Source: a virus (Duplodnaviria > Caudoviricetes). From it: DNA of 64,000 nucleotides. The first letter of the stretch is position 1; every line of letters starts with the position of its first letter. The notes beneath the pieces are model-generated. The model worked only from the letters and a program-made list of their open reading frames with translations, was not told where the DNA came from and searched no databases. Positions 35,150 through 46,000 of this stretch are shown piece by piece. The position numbers and the translations under genes were made by a program. The DNA lies in the IMG/VR virus record IMGVR_UViG_3300043105_000117, positions 1 to 64,000 of that record, one strand, 5' to 3'.

Positions 35150-36747
35150 AAGCCTTTTGGTTTTGAATTTTTCTTTTTAGTTATATCATATATCTTCTTC
35201 ATAAAGAGTGACTCAAAGAAGTCGGGAGAGTGGCCGACCAGCTTTTTCATTACGTCCTTAGATACAATTCTGAATCCCTTCCCATCGTTGCCCTCTTCAC
35301 GTCTAATACATCGTCTTTCCTTCATCAGAATCTGACGAAGCGGCATATTCTCAAATCCCTTACCTGAAAACTTCTTGTCAAGCAATCGTGGATTAATGGA
35401 AATCTCGCCCTTCCAAAAGTCCTCTGCCAAAGCCCAAGCGCACTGCGATTTGAGGTTTGCATACACGTTCTTTACACTCACATCGACGGCAGCTTGGTTA
35501 TTGAACGCACGCGCTTTAGGGAAGAATCCCTTAAACGTCTGTCCGACTCCTTGCAGGTCATACGTAAAATTAGGCTCCAACACCTCCCAATCTTCGAGTT
35601 TGGAATGCACTGCCGATATTGTGGTTTTCGGGTCTAGCTTGCAGACGTATATATCCTCGATATGATTGCCTATCCATAGCCACATAACCAAGCTATCACC
35701 GCCTGTAAATGCAACGTCACACGACACTCTGCGCATCTTATCGCCCAACATCTGAGGCTGTCTAAAGAATCGCTCCATGTCGTCCATTTTTATCATATCG
35801 TCACCCGCGGCCTTGAAGTTCCAGTTACCCTCCAGGTCACGCGCACGCTGTTCCTCGCTCTGTTGCGCAAGGTTGGCCACGTAGTTCGGGTCCGAAGTGA
35901 TGAGCTTGACGTTTTCCTCGATGTTGCCTTTGATGAATGTAACTGACTTGATGAACATATCAAGTTTATTGAAGCCGAGTTCTTCGTATGCGGGCTTCCA
36001 TAGTCCGTCGATAATATCCTTGCATTGGTCGTAGACTTCCTGCCTCGTGCTGCCCCAATAGACGCTCGTAACCTCATCTCCATCCATGAAGCAATAGCGA
36101 ATGACACCGCTTCGTTCCTTGATAGGCAGTCCGTCCTCACCAATCCACCAATCAATAAAAGTTCTGACCCACGAATCGGGGTCGGGGTTGCAGGTCCCGT
36201 AGAAGCGGTTCCTTATGCCATATGCGTTACGGTTACAAGTGACGAGGTACTTAAACTTGTTGTATGGTGCGTGCGTTATCTCATCAATACCGATAAAAGC
36301 CCATTGTTTACCTTGGAAACGTTTAACGAAGTCCTCGAAAGAATCGGCATAGTAGCTGAACTTTAGGTTGCCTCCACGATAGAAGTTCCACGTCATGTCG
36401 GCGGCTGACTTGTTGTAAGTCCCAAACTGTCCGTATAGCAGATATGCGTCCTTGATGAGCGAGGCTAAGTCCTCCTTCTCGTTACGTAGGATAAGGGCGC
36501 GATAATTGGGGTTGTAGATGTCTTTAAGGCTCTCCATGAGCAAAGAGAATGACTTAGAACTGCCTCGACTTCCGCCAAATATGGTAATATCCGCGCTTGT
36601 CGAGAGAAAAATCTCCTGACATCCGCGCTGGGCAATAAAGTACTCCGGAGTGACTTTCCTCTTATCCTCTTCGCGTAACTTCTCGATGTAATCATAAGAG
36701 AGTACATCCTCACCCTTTATAGTATGTAAAATTACATTGTTGCTCAT
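35137..36747 (-). CDS. terL: Terminase large subunit
   Basis: FGGSRGSSKS (Walker A), IGIDE (Walker B), GTCNP, C-terminal DVA nuclease motif, SPDFFES. Confidence 0.92.
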   Translation of the reverse strand: MSNNVILHTIKGEDVLSYDYIEKLREEDKRKVTPEYFIAQRGCQEIFLSTSADITIFGGSRGSSKSFSLLMESLKDIYNPNYRALILRNEKEDLASLIKDAYLLYGQFGTYNKSAADMTWNFYRGGNLKFSYYADSFEDFVKRFQGKQWAFIGIDEITHAPYNKFKYLVTCNRNAYGIRNRFYGTCNPDPDSWVRTFIDWWIGEDGLPIKERSGVIRYCFMDGDEVTSVYWGSTRQEVYDQCKDIIDGLWKPAYEELGFNKLDMFIKSVTFIKGNIEENVKLITSDPNYVANLAQQSEEQRARDLEGNWNFKAAGDDMIKMDDMERFFRQPQMLGDKMRRVSCDVAFTGGDSLVMWLWIGNHIEDIYVCKLDPKTTISAVHSKLEDWEVLEPNFTYDLQGVGQTFKGFFPKARAFNNQAAVDVSVKNVYANLKSQCAWALAEDFWKGEISINPRLLDKKFSGKGFENMPLRQILMKERRCIRREEGNDGKGFRIVSKDVMKKLVGHSPDFFESLFMKKIYDITKKKNSKPKGLWRL

Positions 36748-36757
36748 CTAAAAACAA

Positions 36758-36800
36758 AGCCCGCGCGGGACCACCTTAGAAAGATGACCTGGCACGGGCT
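36758..36800 (-). promoter_or_regulatory. Terminator-like leader hairpin upstream of terL
   Basis: AGCCCG...CGGGCT stem followed by TTGTTTTT just before ATG. Confidence 0.5.
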
Positions 36801-36825
36801 AAAATGCCTCCCATTGAAATCATCA

Positions 36826-36833
36826 CAAATATA
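36826..36833 (-). promoter_or_regulatory. -7 box of packaging operon promoter
   Basis: - strand TATATTTG; no good -33 box. Confidence 0.4.
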
Positions 36834-36894
36834 GCAAATGTTTGTGAACCAATATAATAAAATTAGGATAATCGCAAAAATTTTATGAAAATTA

Positions 36895-36926
36895 TTTGGA
36901 GATATGTGTTGTTAAACATATATTTG
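36895..36926 (+). promoter_or_regulatory. Promoter of com/capsid/tail operon
   Basis: TTTG(36895)-N20-TATATTTG(36919). Confidence 0.65.
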
Positions 36927-36947
36927 CCACAAATATATATAAAGAGA

Positions 36948-37151
36948 ATGAATTTTAAACAAACAGAGGATTTAAGCACACCCGACTACATCCGGACTTT
37001 CGGTAAAGAGCCGAATACCGTCAGATGCAAGAAGTGTGGCACCAAACTGTTTGAGTATTGCGACAACCTTTCCGGGGATGTTCGCATAAAGTGCAAGAGA
37101 TGTCGCAATACGTACAAGTTTCATTTCTCAGGCAGCACAGAACAGAAGTAA
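36948..37151 (+). CDS. Mu Com-like zinc-ribbon regulator
   Basis: VRCKKCGTKLF...IKCKRCR; start moved to ATG 36948. Confidence 0.75.
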   Translation: MNFKQTEDLSTPDYIRTFGKEPNTVRCKKCGTKLFEYCDNLSGDVRIKCKRCRNTYKFHFSGSTEQK

Positions 37152-37195
37152 TTCTCAATACTGCTACACATTTTCTTTAGAGACCAACAATCAAG

Positions 37196-37241
37196 AGTCC
37201 GATATTGGAACGAAATCCGCTCCTTTATCGGACTTTTTGTT
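37196..37241 (+). promoter_or_regulatory. Terminator-like leader hairpin upstream of scaffold gene
   Basis: AGTCCGATA...TATCGGACT followed by TTTTGTTT. Confidence 0.55.
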
Positions 37242-37257
37242 TAAAATAACATCTTAA

Positions 37258-38019
37258 ATGGAGAAAGAAACACTTATTTCCGAATTGACGACAAGGATAG
37301 GAGAAACCCCTTTGTCAGAGCGTTCATTGCAGGAGTATGCAGAAGCTATACTTCCGACAGTTCCAACTGAGGGAGAAATCCCACAGAGTTTTTGGGACAC
37401 TCATGTTAAGATTCTGTCATCTATCGGTGGCCAACTTCGACACGATAACAAGAGTGCAATCGAGAACTTTAGAACCACTTGGGAGAAAGAGCATCAGACA
37501 AAACCTGCGGCATCGGTCACACCCCCGGCATCAACCACACCCCCAACACCACCGACCGGCTTTGAGGAAATCATGCGGAAGTTGCTAGAGGAACAGGGCA
37601 GAGCACAGAACGAAAAACTTGCCGAATTACAGAAGTCCTATGAGACCAGCTCAACAGTAATTCAGCAATTGCAGGAAAAACTTGCGAACAAGGAACGTCA
37701 GGAACGCGAAGCGGCACAGAAATCTGCCGTTGTTACTGCGGTCAAAAAGTTGGGCGACGTGAACGAAGCTGTCTTGGACCTTACTTTGAGTCAATTGCAA
37801 ATTACCGAGAGCACAACAATCGAGCAATTGGTTGAGTCTGCAAAGGCAATTTACGGAAAGGAATACAAACGTTTCTTTGGTGATGCAGCAGTGCCATTCA
37901 AGGGTGCAGGTGAAGAAGAAAGAGACAAAACAAATGTCGATTCTTACATCGCAAAAATGAAAGAGCGTCAAGCATCCGATAAAGCGAGACTCGAAGAACA
38001 GCGAAAGACACTTCTTTAA
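37258..38019 (+). CDS. Capsid scaffolding protein
   Basis: Coiled-coil/Pro-rich, upstream of capsid genes. Confidence 0.65.
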   Translation: MEKETLISELTTRIGETPLSERSLQEYAEAILPTVPTEGEIPQSFWDTHVKILSSIGGQLRHDNKSAIENFRTTWEKEHQTKPAASVTPPASTTPPTPPTGFEEIMRKLLEEQGRAQNEKLAELQKSYETSSTVIQQLQEKLANKERQEREAAQKSAVVTAVKKLGDVNEAVLDLTLSQLQITESTTIEQLVESAKAIYGKEYKRFFGDAAVPFKGAGEEERDKTNVDSYIAKMKERQASDKARLEEQRKTLL

Positions 38020-38046
38020 AGGATTGTTTAATTAAAACTTACAAGT

Positions 38047-38700
38047 ATGTCATTAGCTACAATTAATCAGAACATCGTCCAAGAGGATAAGATTGGCGGT
38101 TCTATTAAGGTATTCGAGGGTCGCGCTTGGATTTTGACCGGTGGTTTTGAGTTTGAACTCGCAGACCTCCCTGATAATGGTAACGTACTGCCACAGGGTA
38201 CACCGGTTAATTGCGACGAAGAGACCCGTAAGATGAAGCCTAGTTACACCTTTGCTATCTTTGAGAAGTCAGAGGCATCTGCCACTACTTACAAGATTAA
38301 GAAGGGATTGAACGGTTCATTGGTAAAGAAGGGCGCAGCTCTCATGGTTGCTCCCGAAACAGTTGCTACTAAGGGCACAGCGGTCACTGTATCTGACGTT
38401 GACTACACCAACGAAGCCTACGATGTGATTACCGTATCAGCCACTCTCGGAGAGTTGGCTGAGGGCGCAATTCTCGTAGAGGCAAGCACAGCAGGTGCAG
38501 ACGCAACAGTCAAGGTAATTCCTAACGCATTGCTCGACCGCGATGTCAGAAAGCATCCGAACGCTAAGCAGGTAAATGCAGACGGTGTATTTAACTGCGA
38601 GGCCCCAGTCCTGGAAAGACGCATCCCGCCTATTCCTGACGCATTTAAGAAAGCACTCGTTGAGGGTGGTTGCTACGTAAGATTCTCAAAACGTAAGTAA
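38047..38700 (+). CDS. Head decoration-like protein
   Basis: Between scaffold and MCP; LPQGTPV, PN.LL..DV. Confidence 0.6.
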   Translation: MSLATINQNIVQEDKIGGSIKVFEGRAWILTGGFEFELADLPDNGNVLPQGTPVNCDEETRKMKPSYTFAIFEKSEASATTYKIKKGLNGSLVKKGAALMVAPETVATKGTAVTVSDVDYTNEAYDVITVSATLGELAEGAILVEASTAGADATVKVIPNALLDRDVRKHPNAKQVNADGVFNCEAPVLERRIPPIPDAFKKALVEGGCYVRFSKRK

Positions 38701-38717
38701 AATAAGGAGGGTAAGAT

Positions 38718-39839
38718 ATGTTAAAAGACAGAACAATATTTAATGACCTTGACCTCCGTAAGTATATCGACGCGGAGCAGCTTGGTATCATTTCAGAGAC
38801 AGCCAATGCAAAGTACAATAACCAAGGTTGGCAGCTTTATGCAAAATGGGGTATTCCTTCAAACTCTACACAGTGGTCACAAGCTATCAAGAACGAGGAA
38901 ATCCTTGTAACTGCATCATTGCTTTCAGTAGGTGGTAACAAGCCACAGCGTTCAGCAAGTGGATGGAGCATCTACTCTGGCTCAATTCCAAAGATTGGTC
39001 ACGGTATGTCAATGGACGAGAGCGATTTGCTTAGCATCCGAGAGTTGCAGAAAACAACCAACGTACCTTACGTTGAATTGATGCTTGGTGCATTGAACAC
39101 CAACGTTACCAACTTGCTTGGCGGTATCCACAATAAGTTGAACCGCTTCACTTATGAGGCTTTGTCTACCGGTGAGGTCAACGCAGAGGATTCTGACGGT
39201 GTTTCATTCCACATGGATTACCGCATCAAGAACAAGATGGGAGTATCAGAGAAATGGTTTGACGAGGATGGCAATCCTAATGAGAAAGCCACTCCGGTTC
39301 AGGATTTGCTCGACTTCCAGAAGTGGGCAAGAAAAGAGAAGAACGCAATCTTCGACCACTGGGAGGTATCTCAGGACGCTTGGGACGCATTCCTTTCTCA
39401 TCCCGATGTAATTTCTAAGACAGCAGTCAGAGTAAACGCATTTACTCCCGGCAGCTACGTCATGACTGAATTGGAGAAAACAAATGCACTTCACTCTATG
39501 GGTGTACTTCCTATCCGCGTAGTAGACGAGAAATCGGCTCACGAGGAAGATGGTATCCCTGTAATTGATGAGCCTGCATTCAACAAGAACAACTGGGTTC
39601 TCTGTCAGCTTGGTGATATCTTCGAGATGAAGTGTGCACACTCTCTCTACAAGGACCGCATCTCTTACGGTTCTATCGGTGGCGATACAATGTACTCTTT
39701 CGTAAGTGGTATCATCGCTGTGCTTAATACATGGCAGGAGAGACCTATCACAAACATTATTGACACTGAGCTTTGGGCACTCCCAGTATTGAAGAACCCG
39801 AACAACGTGGCAATTTTGAAAACTGATACAACAGCGTAA
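38718..39839 (+). CDS. Major capsid protein (HK97 fold, lambda E-like)
   Basis: 373 aa; IPKIGHG...E.DL; YEALSTG; W...ATP.QDL; ALPVL.NP. Confidence 0.85.
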   Translation: MLKDRTIFNDLDLRKYIDAEQLGIISETANAKYNNQGWQLYAKWGIPSNSTQWSQAIKNEEILVTASLLSVGGNKPQRSASGWSIYSGSIPKIGHGMSMDESDLLSIRELQKTTNVPYVELMLGALNTNVTNLLGGIHNKLNRFTYEALSTGEVNAEDSDGVSFHMDYRIKNKMGVSEKWFDEDGNPNEKATPVQDLLDFQKWARKEKNAIFDHWEVSQDAWDAFLSHPDVISKTAVRVNAFTPGSYVMTELEKTNALHSMGVLPIRVVDEKSAHEEDGIPVIDEPAFNKNNWVLCQLGDIFEMKCAHSLYKDRISYGSIGGDTMYSFVSGIIAVLNTWQERPITNIIDTELWALPVLKNPNNVAILKTDTTA

Positions 39840-39851
39840 CTGAGATAACGT

Positions 39852-40259
39852 ATGGAAACCGTTTTAGAAGAAAATACAACACCCACGACTACGGTAGCTG
39901 ACTACTGCCGTAGTGTAGTGGCTGTGGAGGTTAAGGATGAAGCAATCCGCACAATCTCCAAGAGAAGAGGCACCACGTCAGATGCTGATGCAGATGAGTT
40001 GGACGACAGAACGCTCGACCTGCTCAAAGCGGACATCTTTATGTGGTGTCAGACTCTCCCGAACTCATCATCGCAGGTAAAGGATTCCGACTCGAACTGG
40101 TCACACTCCGAGGGCGGTGTACGTTTCACCTCCGAGGATAAGAAAACGCTAAGACGGTTAGCAAACGATATTTACACTACCTACGGTGAAGAATCGCAAG
40201 GTGTCAGCAAGTTCCGCATCGTAAGCGGTGGTATTGGTAATATAAAACGTCCGTTATAA
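39852..40259 (+). CDS. Head-tail adaptor
   Basis: Position after MCP; KADIFMW...DSNWSHSEGG. Confidence 0.6.
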   Translation: METVLEENTTPTTTVADYCRSVVAVEVKDEAIRTISKRRGTTSDADADELDDRTLDLLKADIFMWCQTLPNSSSQVKDSDSNWSHSEGGVRFTSEDKKTLRRLANDIYTTYGEESQGVSKFRIVSGGIGNIKRPL

Positions 40260-40597
40260 TGGTAGAGAATCCCAGGTATCCGCATACACTTATCATTGAA
40301 CGCAAAGGAGAGGATGCAACCAATCCGTTTGTGGATGTAACTGAAAACACAGTCATTTATGATGACTGTTGCAGAAGCTACACGCAGACTAGAACATCCG
40401 TCAGCGGAGATGTGATAACAAACCAGCGAATAATCGCAGTTCCCAAGAACGTGAAGGACTGGACTGCGGAGGATTTGCCAAAGACGGGCGACCTTGTTAC
40501 CGTTACCAAAGGAGTACAGATAGAGGAAGGAGTCATAGTAGACGTGAGACCGAACAACTTCGGTACTGATATTGCATGGGAGTATGGCAGAAATTAA
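40259..40597 (+). CDS. Head closure protein
   Basis: NPRYPHT...TGDLVTV...FGTDI; synteny. Confidence 0.6.
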   Translation: MVENPRYPHTLIIERKGEDATNPFVDVTENTVIYDDCCRSYTQTRTSVSGDVITNQRIIAVPKNVKDWTAEDLPKTGDLVTVTKGVQIEEGVIVDVRPNNFGTDIAWEYGRN

Positions 40598-41228
40598 AAA
40601 CGTAAAGGAGTGGAACAAGAAGGTTATGGACGAGGCCGCTACCAAGTTGGAGAGGCTGAAACATAACTACATGGTAAACAAATACCTCCCCTCGCTTATG
40701 GAGTCAATGCTCATGGATTTCGGGGCCGATTACAACGCAAACAATCCGTCACTTACCGGTAATACATATACCGGAACAACGATTGGAGCGTATTACAACA
40801 GGTCGCTGATTGGAAGTCTCAATATGATTGACCTTGGAGCGAAGCCTCCGACACAAGGCCAGACATTTGTCGGCGACTATGGTTTCTATGATTACGACAG
40901 CGGAGAATGGATTGGTCCATATGGTAGTTCCGACTACATTTTTGACAGTGAAGGAGGAATTGACGATATGAACGAACATCCTGAGTTTGTTGCAAGTTAC
41001 AAAAACCTTAGCAAGCAGTGGCAGAAAGCCCAGTACGGCAAATATGCCTATCAGATTGCGAAAGAGTTTCTGCAAGCATACAAACCGACAGTCAGCGGTT
41101 ATGCACTCGTTATGGTGGTAGGTTCTGAATATTCGGCCTGGCTTGAAAAAGTCCGAGGGCTTGATATTCTGACCGGAAGCAGGTTATATGCAAAATATTA
41201 CGTAATGAATACAAAAGTTAAGTTATGA
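40584..41228 (+). CDS. Neck/tail-completion protein
   Basis: LTGNT...Y; synteny. Confidence 0.55.
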   Translation: MAEIKNVKEWNKKVMDEAATKLERLKHNYMVNKYLPSLMESMLMDFGADYNANNPSLTGNTYTGTTIGAYYNRSLIGSLNMIDLGAKPPTQGQTFVGDYGFYDYDSGEWIGPYGSSDYIFDSEGGIDDMNEHPEFVASYKNLSKQWQKAQYGKYAYQIAKEFLQAYKPTVSGYALVMVVGSEYSAWLEKVRGLDILTGSRLYAKYYVMNTKVKL

Positions 41229-41626
41229 CAGCAAAGCCATTTGATTCATATACAGTCCTTATGGACCTATATAATGCTGTCGCAGGTATAAGCGACAATA
41301 TCTTTGTCACCAATCGTCCTACAAGCGTTGATGAGAAGATGAATGACTTTATTGTTGTGGCTCTGCCGGTAAGAATGAGAACTCAGACTTACGGATATGA
41401 GCATTACGTAGAAAAGACAACGGGCAGGATTATTCTGTATGTGAGGGACAAGACGAATGGCATACCAAATATGGCACGTATGCAGTCGATGATTGATGCG
41501 ACAGCGAAAATATTCCCTATCAATACGGAGAACATCGGTTGTTACAGACCATCCGTTGTTGATTCCGGAAGCGATGATAACGGTTTCCATACTTATATAT
41601 TTCAGTTCTCATTAATTATTAAGTAA
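41225..41626 (+). CDS. Tail terminator protein
   Basis: Synteny, upstream of major tail gene. Confidence 0.6.
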   Translation: MTAKPFDSYTVLMDLYNAVAGISDNIFVTNRPTSVDEKMNDFIVVALPVRMRTQTYGYEHYVEKTTGRIILYVRDKTNGIPNMARMQSMIDATAKIFPINTENIGCYRPSVVDSGSDDNGFHTYIFQFSLIIK

Positions 41627-41644
41627 TTTAAAATTTAAAGTGTT

Positions 41645-42241
41645 ATGGCTGAATCAACATTCAAGACTAAAAACGATTTGAAAGACGTTTTCTCAGGTCT
41701 TTCTTCTATCTACGTTCAGAAGGGCGGTCTTACATCTTTCAAGGACGTAACATTTGACTACGATATGCCCGTAACTGTCGATTCTCTGTCAATCTCAGTT
41801 TCTGACCCGACACTGAACCGCACTAAGGTGCATGGACTTAACGCAGACTGGACAGTGACTGCAACTCCGGGTGAGTTGACGTTCTCTGCCACAGTTCCGT
41901 CAATCAGCGAGGAACTTGTAAAGTACTTCATGGGCGAGGCAAACGCATTGGATTCTGTGTCTGTAAAGACAAAAGATGCAACTGGAGTAACTTACAAGGG
42001 TATTTCTTCTACAATCAAGACTCTCAAAATCTACATGGGACTCGGACTCCTTTCAGAAGATGGCGAGAAGCTTGTACTTATCAAGAAGCTGGCTGTTTAC
42101 GCTACTCCGCTTTACGAGAACGCTTCAACAACTCCGTTCGGCTTCAAGCTTACCGGTACAATTGAGGCATCAGATGCAGCAGAGGGCGAAGGCGACGAGG
42201 GCGATGATATCGCATTCCTTACTAAGTATGTGGCAGCTTAA
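41645..42241 (+). CDS. Major tail (tube) protein
   Basis: 198 aa beta-rich, followed by terminator and chaperones. Confidence 0.75.
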   Translation: MAESTFKTKNDLKDVFSGLSSIYVQKGGLTSFKDVTFDYDMPVTVDSLSISVSDPTLNRTKVHGLNADWTVTATPGELTFSATVPSISEELVKYFMGEANALDSVSVKTKDATGVTYKGISSTIKTLKIYMGLGLLSEDGEKLVLIKKLAVYATPLYENASTTPFGFKLTGTIEASDAAEGEGDEGDDIAFLTKYVAA

Positions 42242-42271
42242 CTGCGCTAACTTAGCGGCATAAGTATTTCA

Positions 42272-42308
42272 AGGGTGGTGGTTATATTAGGCCACTGCCC
42301 TTTTATTT
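42272..42308 (+). terminator. Intrinsic terminator after major tail gene
   Basis: AGGGTGGTGGT/GCCACTGCCCT stem plus TTTTATTT. Confidence 0.7.
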
Positions 42309-42327
42309 TATAAAGCAATATCAGAAA

Positions 42328-42789
42328 ATGGCAAAGACTCAACTTTTAGAGCAACCTACATCGGAAGAACAAGAGCTCCTGAATGCGGTTGCGGAAGATA
42401 GCGAAACGATAGTAACACTGTCGGGGCTTAGAAAGAGTTACAAGATTAGGTGGCTCAAACGCGGTGCACTGCGTAAAATCAGTTCTATCATGAACGGCCC
42501 GGACAGCGACAAGAACAACTGCAAGGTGGCAGCGTGCATAGTACTGAACGGACTATGGCCCATCAAACTGCGTTATTGGTTCCTTTGGAGATGGTTCTAC
42601 TACGTAAAGGAATACACCGACGAGCAGCTAGCCCCATTGCTTGAAGAGGGTAAAAAAAAAGTACCTGTGGAAGCATACTACGAAGCTACCATATTAGCGA
42701 TAGGGATGAAGGACACGATGATGGCGATGACGAGAGCGGAAGTCGAGCGTATCCTCCAAGAACATTCTACGGGGCAGCCCACTCCCTAA
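42328..42789 (+). CDS. Tail assembly chaperone (G-like)
   Basis: Between tail tube and TMP; contains A9 run. Confidence 0.75.
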   Translation: MAKTQLLEQPTSEEQELLNAVAEDSETIVTLSGLRKSYKIRWLKRGALRKISSIMNGPDSDKNNCKVAACIVLNGLWPIKLRYWFLWRWFYYVKEYTDEQLAPLLEEGKKKVPVEAYYEATILAIGMKDTMMAMTRAEVERILQEHSTGQPTP

Positions 42790-43082
42790 GTAAAGACCAT
42801 CCGTATCTGACCGAACCGCTGACTTTGTTTTGGGGTATTGTCAAGATTCCCATGTATGCTTTCTATTGGGTGCATACGGCAGCACAGATAGAACTGATTG
42901 CATGTGATGTTCCGCTGGTGGTGTATGACAAGCCGGATAATCCCGACAAGAAGCACTCCAAGCGAGAACTAGACGACCTTGCAAAGAGGTGGAAAGAGAA
43001 GAAGGAGAAAGATAAAAAAGAGGGAAAGGCTTTCAACTTTGCTGAATATATAAATACTCCCGTTGGAAAATTTAAAGACTAA
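42654..43082 (+). CDS. -1 frame extension of tail chaperone (GT-like)
   Basis: The -1 frame is open from 42654, within the A9 run, to stop at 43082. Confidence 0.65.
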   Translation, partial: KKSTCGSILRSYHISDRDEGHDDGDDESGSRAYPPRTFYGAAHSLSKDHPYLTEPLTLFWGIVKIPMYAFYWVHTAAQIELIACDVPLVVYDKPDNPDKKHSKRELDDLAKRWKEKKEKDKKEGKAFNFAEYINTPVGKFKD

Positions 43083-43097
43083 TAATGCAACAATAAT

Positions 43098-46000
43098 ATG
43101 GCAGAAGGTACATCATTAGGTAATCTGTATTTTGAGCTTGGCATACAAGATAATGTTACCAAGCAGATAAATGAAATCAAGAGGAAGGCATTAGAGGCTC
43201 TTAGCAGCAATCAGGAGATTGTCATCAACTCCGTAAGAATCGGAAGCGGAGCGATGGAAGCTATCAAGGCCTCCATTGCCGAACTTACCAAGACGGAGAC
43301 AAAGACAATCAGCATCGAGGCCGCACAGGGAACATTGGAGTCCAGTATCAACAAGATACTCACCAATTACAAAAAGGCTTTCGATGTCGTGCTTCTGGAT
43401 GAGCACGCTTTTGATATCCCGAAGGAGAAATTGCAAGCTATGTCCGATGCGCTTGCAAAGACGCAGCAACTGGCGAAAGCACTCGGAGAGATATCTGCAA
43501 CACCCGTCACTCCGACGGGAGGAACCGTTGCGCCCGCGCCGGCCACACCGGTCGCTCCGACACCGACATCGGGAGGCAGCAAGACAATAACCATTACGGG
43601 AAAGTTTGACGAATCACAGACCATTGCAAATCTGCAAGGCGCGTTGAGCCGAATGAATCTCACTGTAAAGGTCAAAGGAATACTGGATGGGGTCGTAGGT
43701 GGCTCTAACATTACAATTCCCGTACAGCCAAGCCCGACGGGTGGTGGCGAAGGTGGTGCATCTACCCGCAGAAGAAGTGCAACGACAGAGACGGTAGTCG
43801 ATAATCAAGCACTATTGCAAAGCCTCGAACAGCTTAAACGCAAATACAACGAGCTAAAGGAACAGCAGATAGAGTATGCGTCCAAGTTGGAGTCCACAAT
43901 GAAGGAGAACCGCCAACTTTATGCCGAGCAGCAGCAAGCTGTAAACGCTTTGGATGCGTTGAAACGCAAACTTGAAGAACTGGAAGCAGCGGAGAGAAAG
44001 CTTAATGAGCAATCAAAGAGCACAACTCCGATAGACCGAATACGTTCACTGTTTCAGCGTGGTGCACAAGCTCTTTTTTATGATGAGGGCAATAATGGAG
44101 CGGATGTAAGGGAGAAAATTGCAAGACAGCAAGGTGTGGTTGATTCTTTTGAGGAAAGGCGCAAGAAGCTTAAAGAGGAAGCGCAGAAGTACGAGGATGA
44201 AGCGAACCGTATCAGAGCACAGATAGAAGAGGTAAACAATGAGATAGCCAAAATCATGGCCCAAATGCCACAGACGGGACAGACGGGGCAGACTGAGAAG
44301 AAACAGAATGTCGGCAGAGCATCTAGCAGAATAGATATAGAAGCTAAAGCAGAGCTCGAAGCAATCAAGCTTATCGACCGCATCATTGTATCTCAAAAGC
44401 AGTCACTTGCCAAGCAAGGCAAAGACTACAATGCCGCATTTGACGAGTTCCTCCAGGAACGTGCCAAGCGTGTCGAGAAACTCACCGCAATGCCAAACGG
44501 TAAGGAAGCTCTCAGTGACTATGAAACGGTTGCTACGGAGGCCAACGTGGTGCGTAACATCAAGCTGTCACAAGAGAAAGCGCAAGCGGAAGTAAAGGCA
44601 AATGAAAAGGCGGCTGAAAGCAACAAGAAAAAGGCCGAGAAAGATGAACGAATCGAGCAGAGAAGAAAGACTTTGCTTGCAAGCATTGCGAAAAGTATCA
44701 AGGATGTTCAGCTTGCGGAAGAAGCTACTCAAAGAAGCCGAGTTCCGGGGCTGGATACCTCACAGTACAGAACCGCAATAGATGAACTCAATGCTCTCCA
44801 AAATCTACTTGCAAGCACTCAGAACGCTAACTCACTAGCTATACTGTCATCCCGTTTTAGTGAACTGAAAGCGAAGATAGAGGCCGCGAGGAAAGAAATG
44901 GAGGCTCTTAACAGCGAGTCCGTTTCAAAGAATAAAGTCATAACCGATGCCCAGTCTTTGTTGCAGACGCAAACTATTGCAAATGCAGGCAATGCAGTGC
45001 TTAAAAACAGCACATCGGCAGCAATGGCCGAGTTGCAGAACTTCATCAATGGATTCAACTCCAGTTCGCTTAGTGCAGACCAACTCCGTCAGAAACTCGA
45101 CAGTATAAAGCAAAAACTGCGAGAGTCCACAAAGGAGGCAGGAAACGAAACGAAAGAGTTCTACTCTACGGAGGAAGCGGCCACGAAGATAGACGCTGCA
45201 ATCCTTAGAGTAAAGAATGCAATGCGTGCAGTTGACAATTACAAAGGCACACAAGGCAATTACTGGAGAGATGCAAGAGCCAAGCTGGAGGAATATCTGA
45301 GGACTCTGAACAATCTGAAGAGTTCCGGAGTACGTTCCAAGGCCGACATAATGAACGCTACTGGAATCGGTGTGAATACAGCCTTGTATGAGGCCAATCT
45401 AAAGCTTGACCAGCAGAAAAAGATAGATGCGGCGAACAGCAGTACGAACAGAAGTACAACTGCCCACACAAAGGCGGCAACGGCAGTCAGAAAGCATACA
45501 GATTCATATCTGAGCCTTAACGATGTCATGAAGAAGTCGAACTCACTGTTTGGCTTGAATATAAACCTCATGGGGCAGCTTGCCTCACAGATGTCAATGT
45601 TCCTTAGCATCTATACATTAAAGAGGTTCATATCAGGTATTGCGGAGATTCACGGAGAGTTCCAAAAGACAAAGATTGCGCTCGGCTCTATCCTTAACGA
45701 TACAGCAAAGGCAAACGAGCTCTTCCAGCAACTCAAATCCCTCGCAGTTGTATCACCGTATCAGTTCAAGGACTTGACGAGCTTTACCAAGCAGCTCTCT
45801 GCATTCAGTTTCCCGACTGACGAGCTTTATGATATGACAAAGCGACTCGCGGATGTCAGCGCGGGACTTGGTGTAGATATGGGACGTATCATCCTTGCGG
45901 TAGGTCAGGTACGTTCAGCATCATACCTTAGAGGTCAGGAGCTTCGTCAGTTCACAGAGGCCGGTGTGCCTTTGCTCGATGAGCTTGCAAAGAAATTCAC

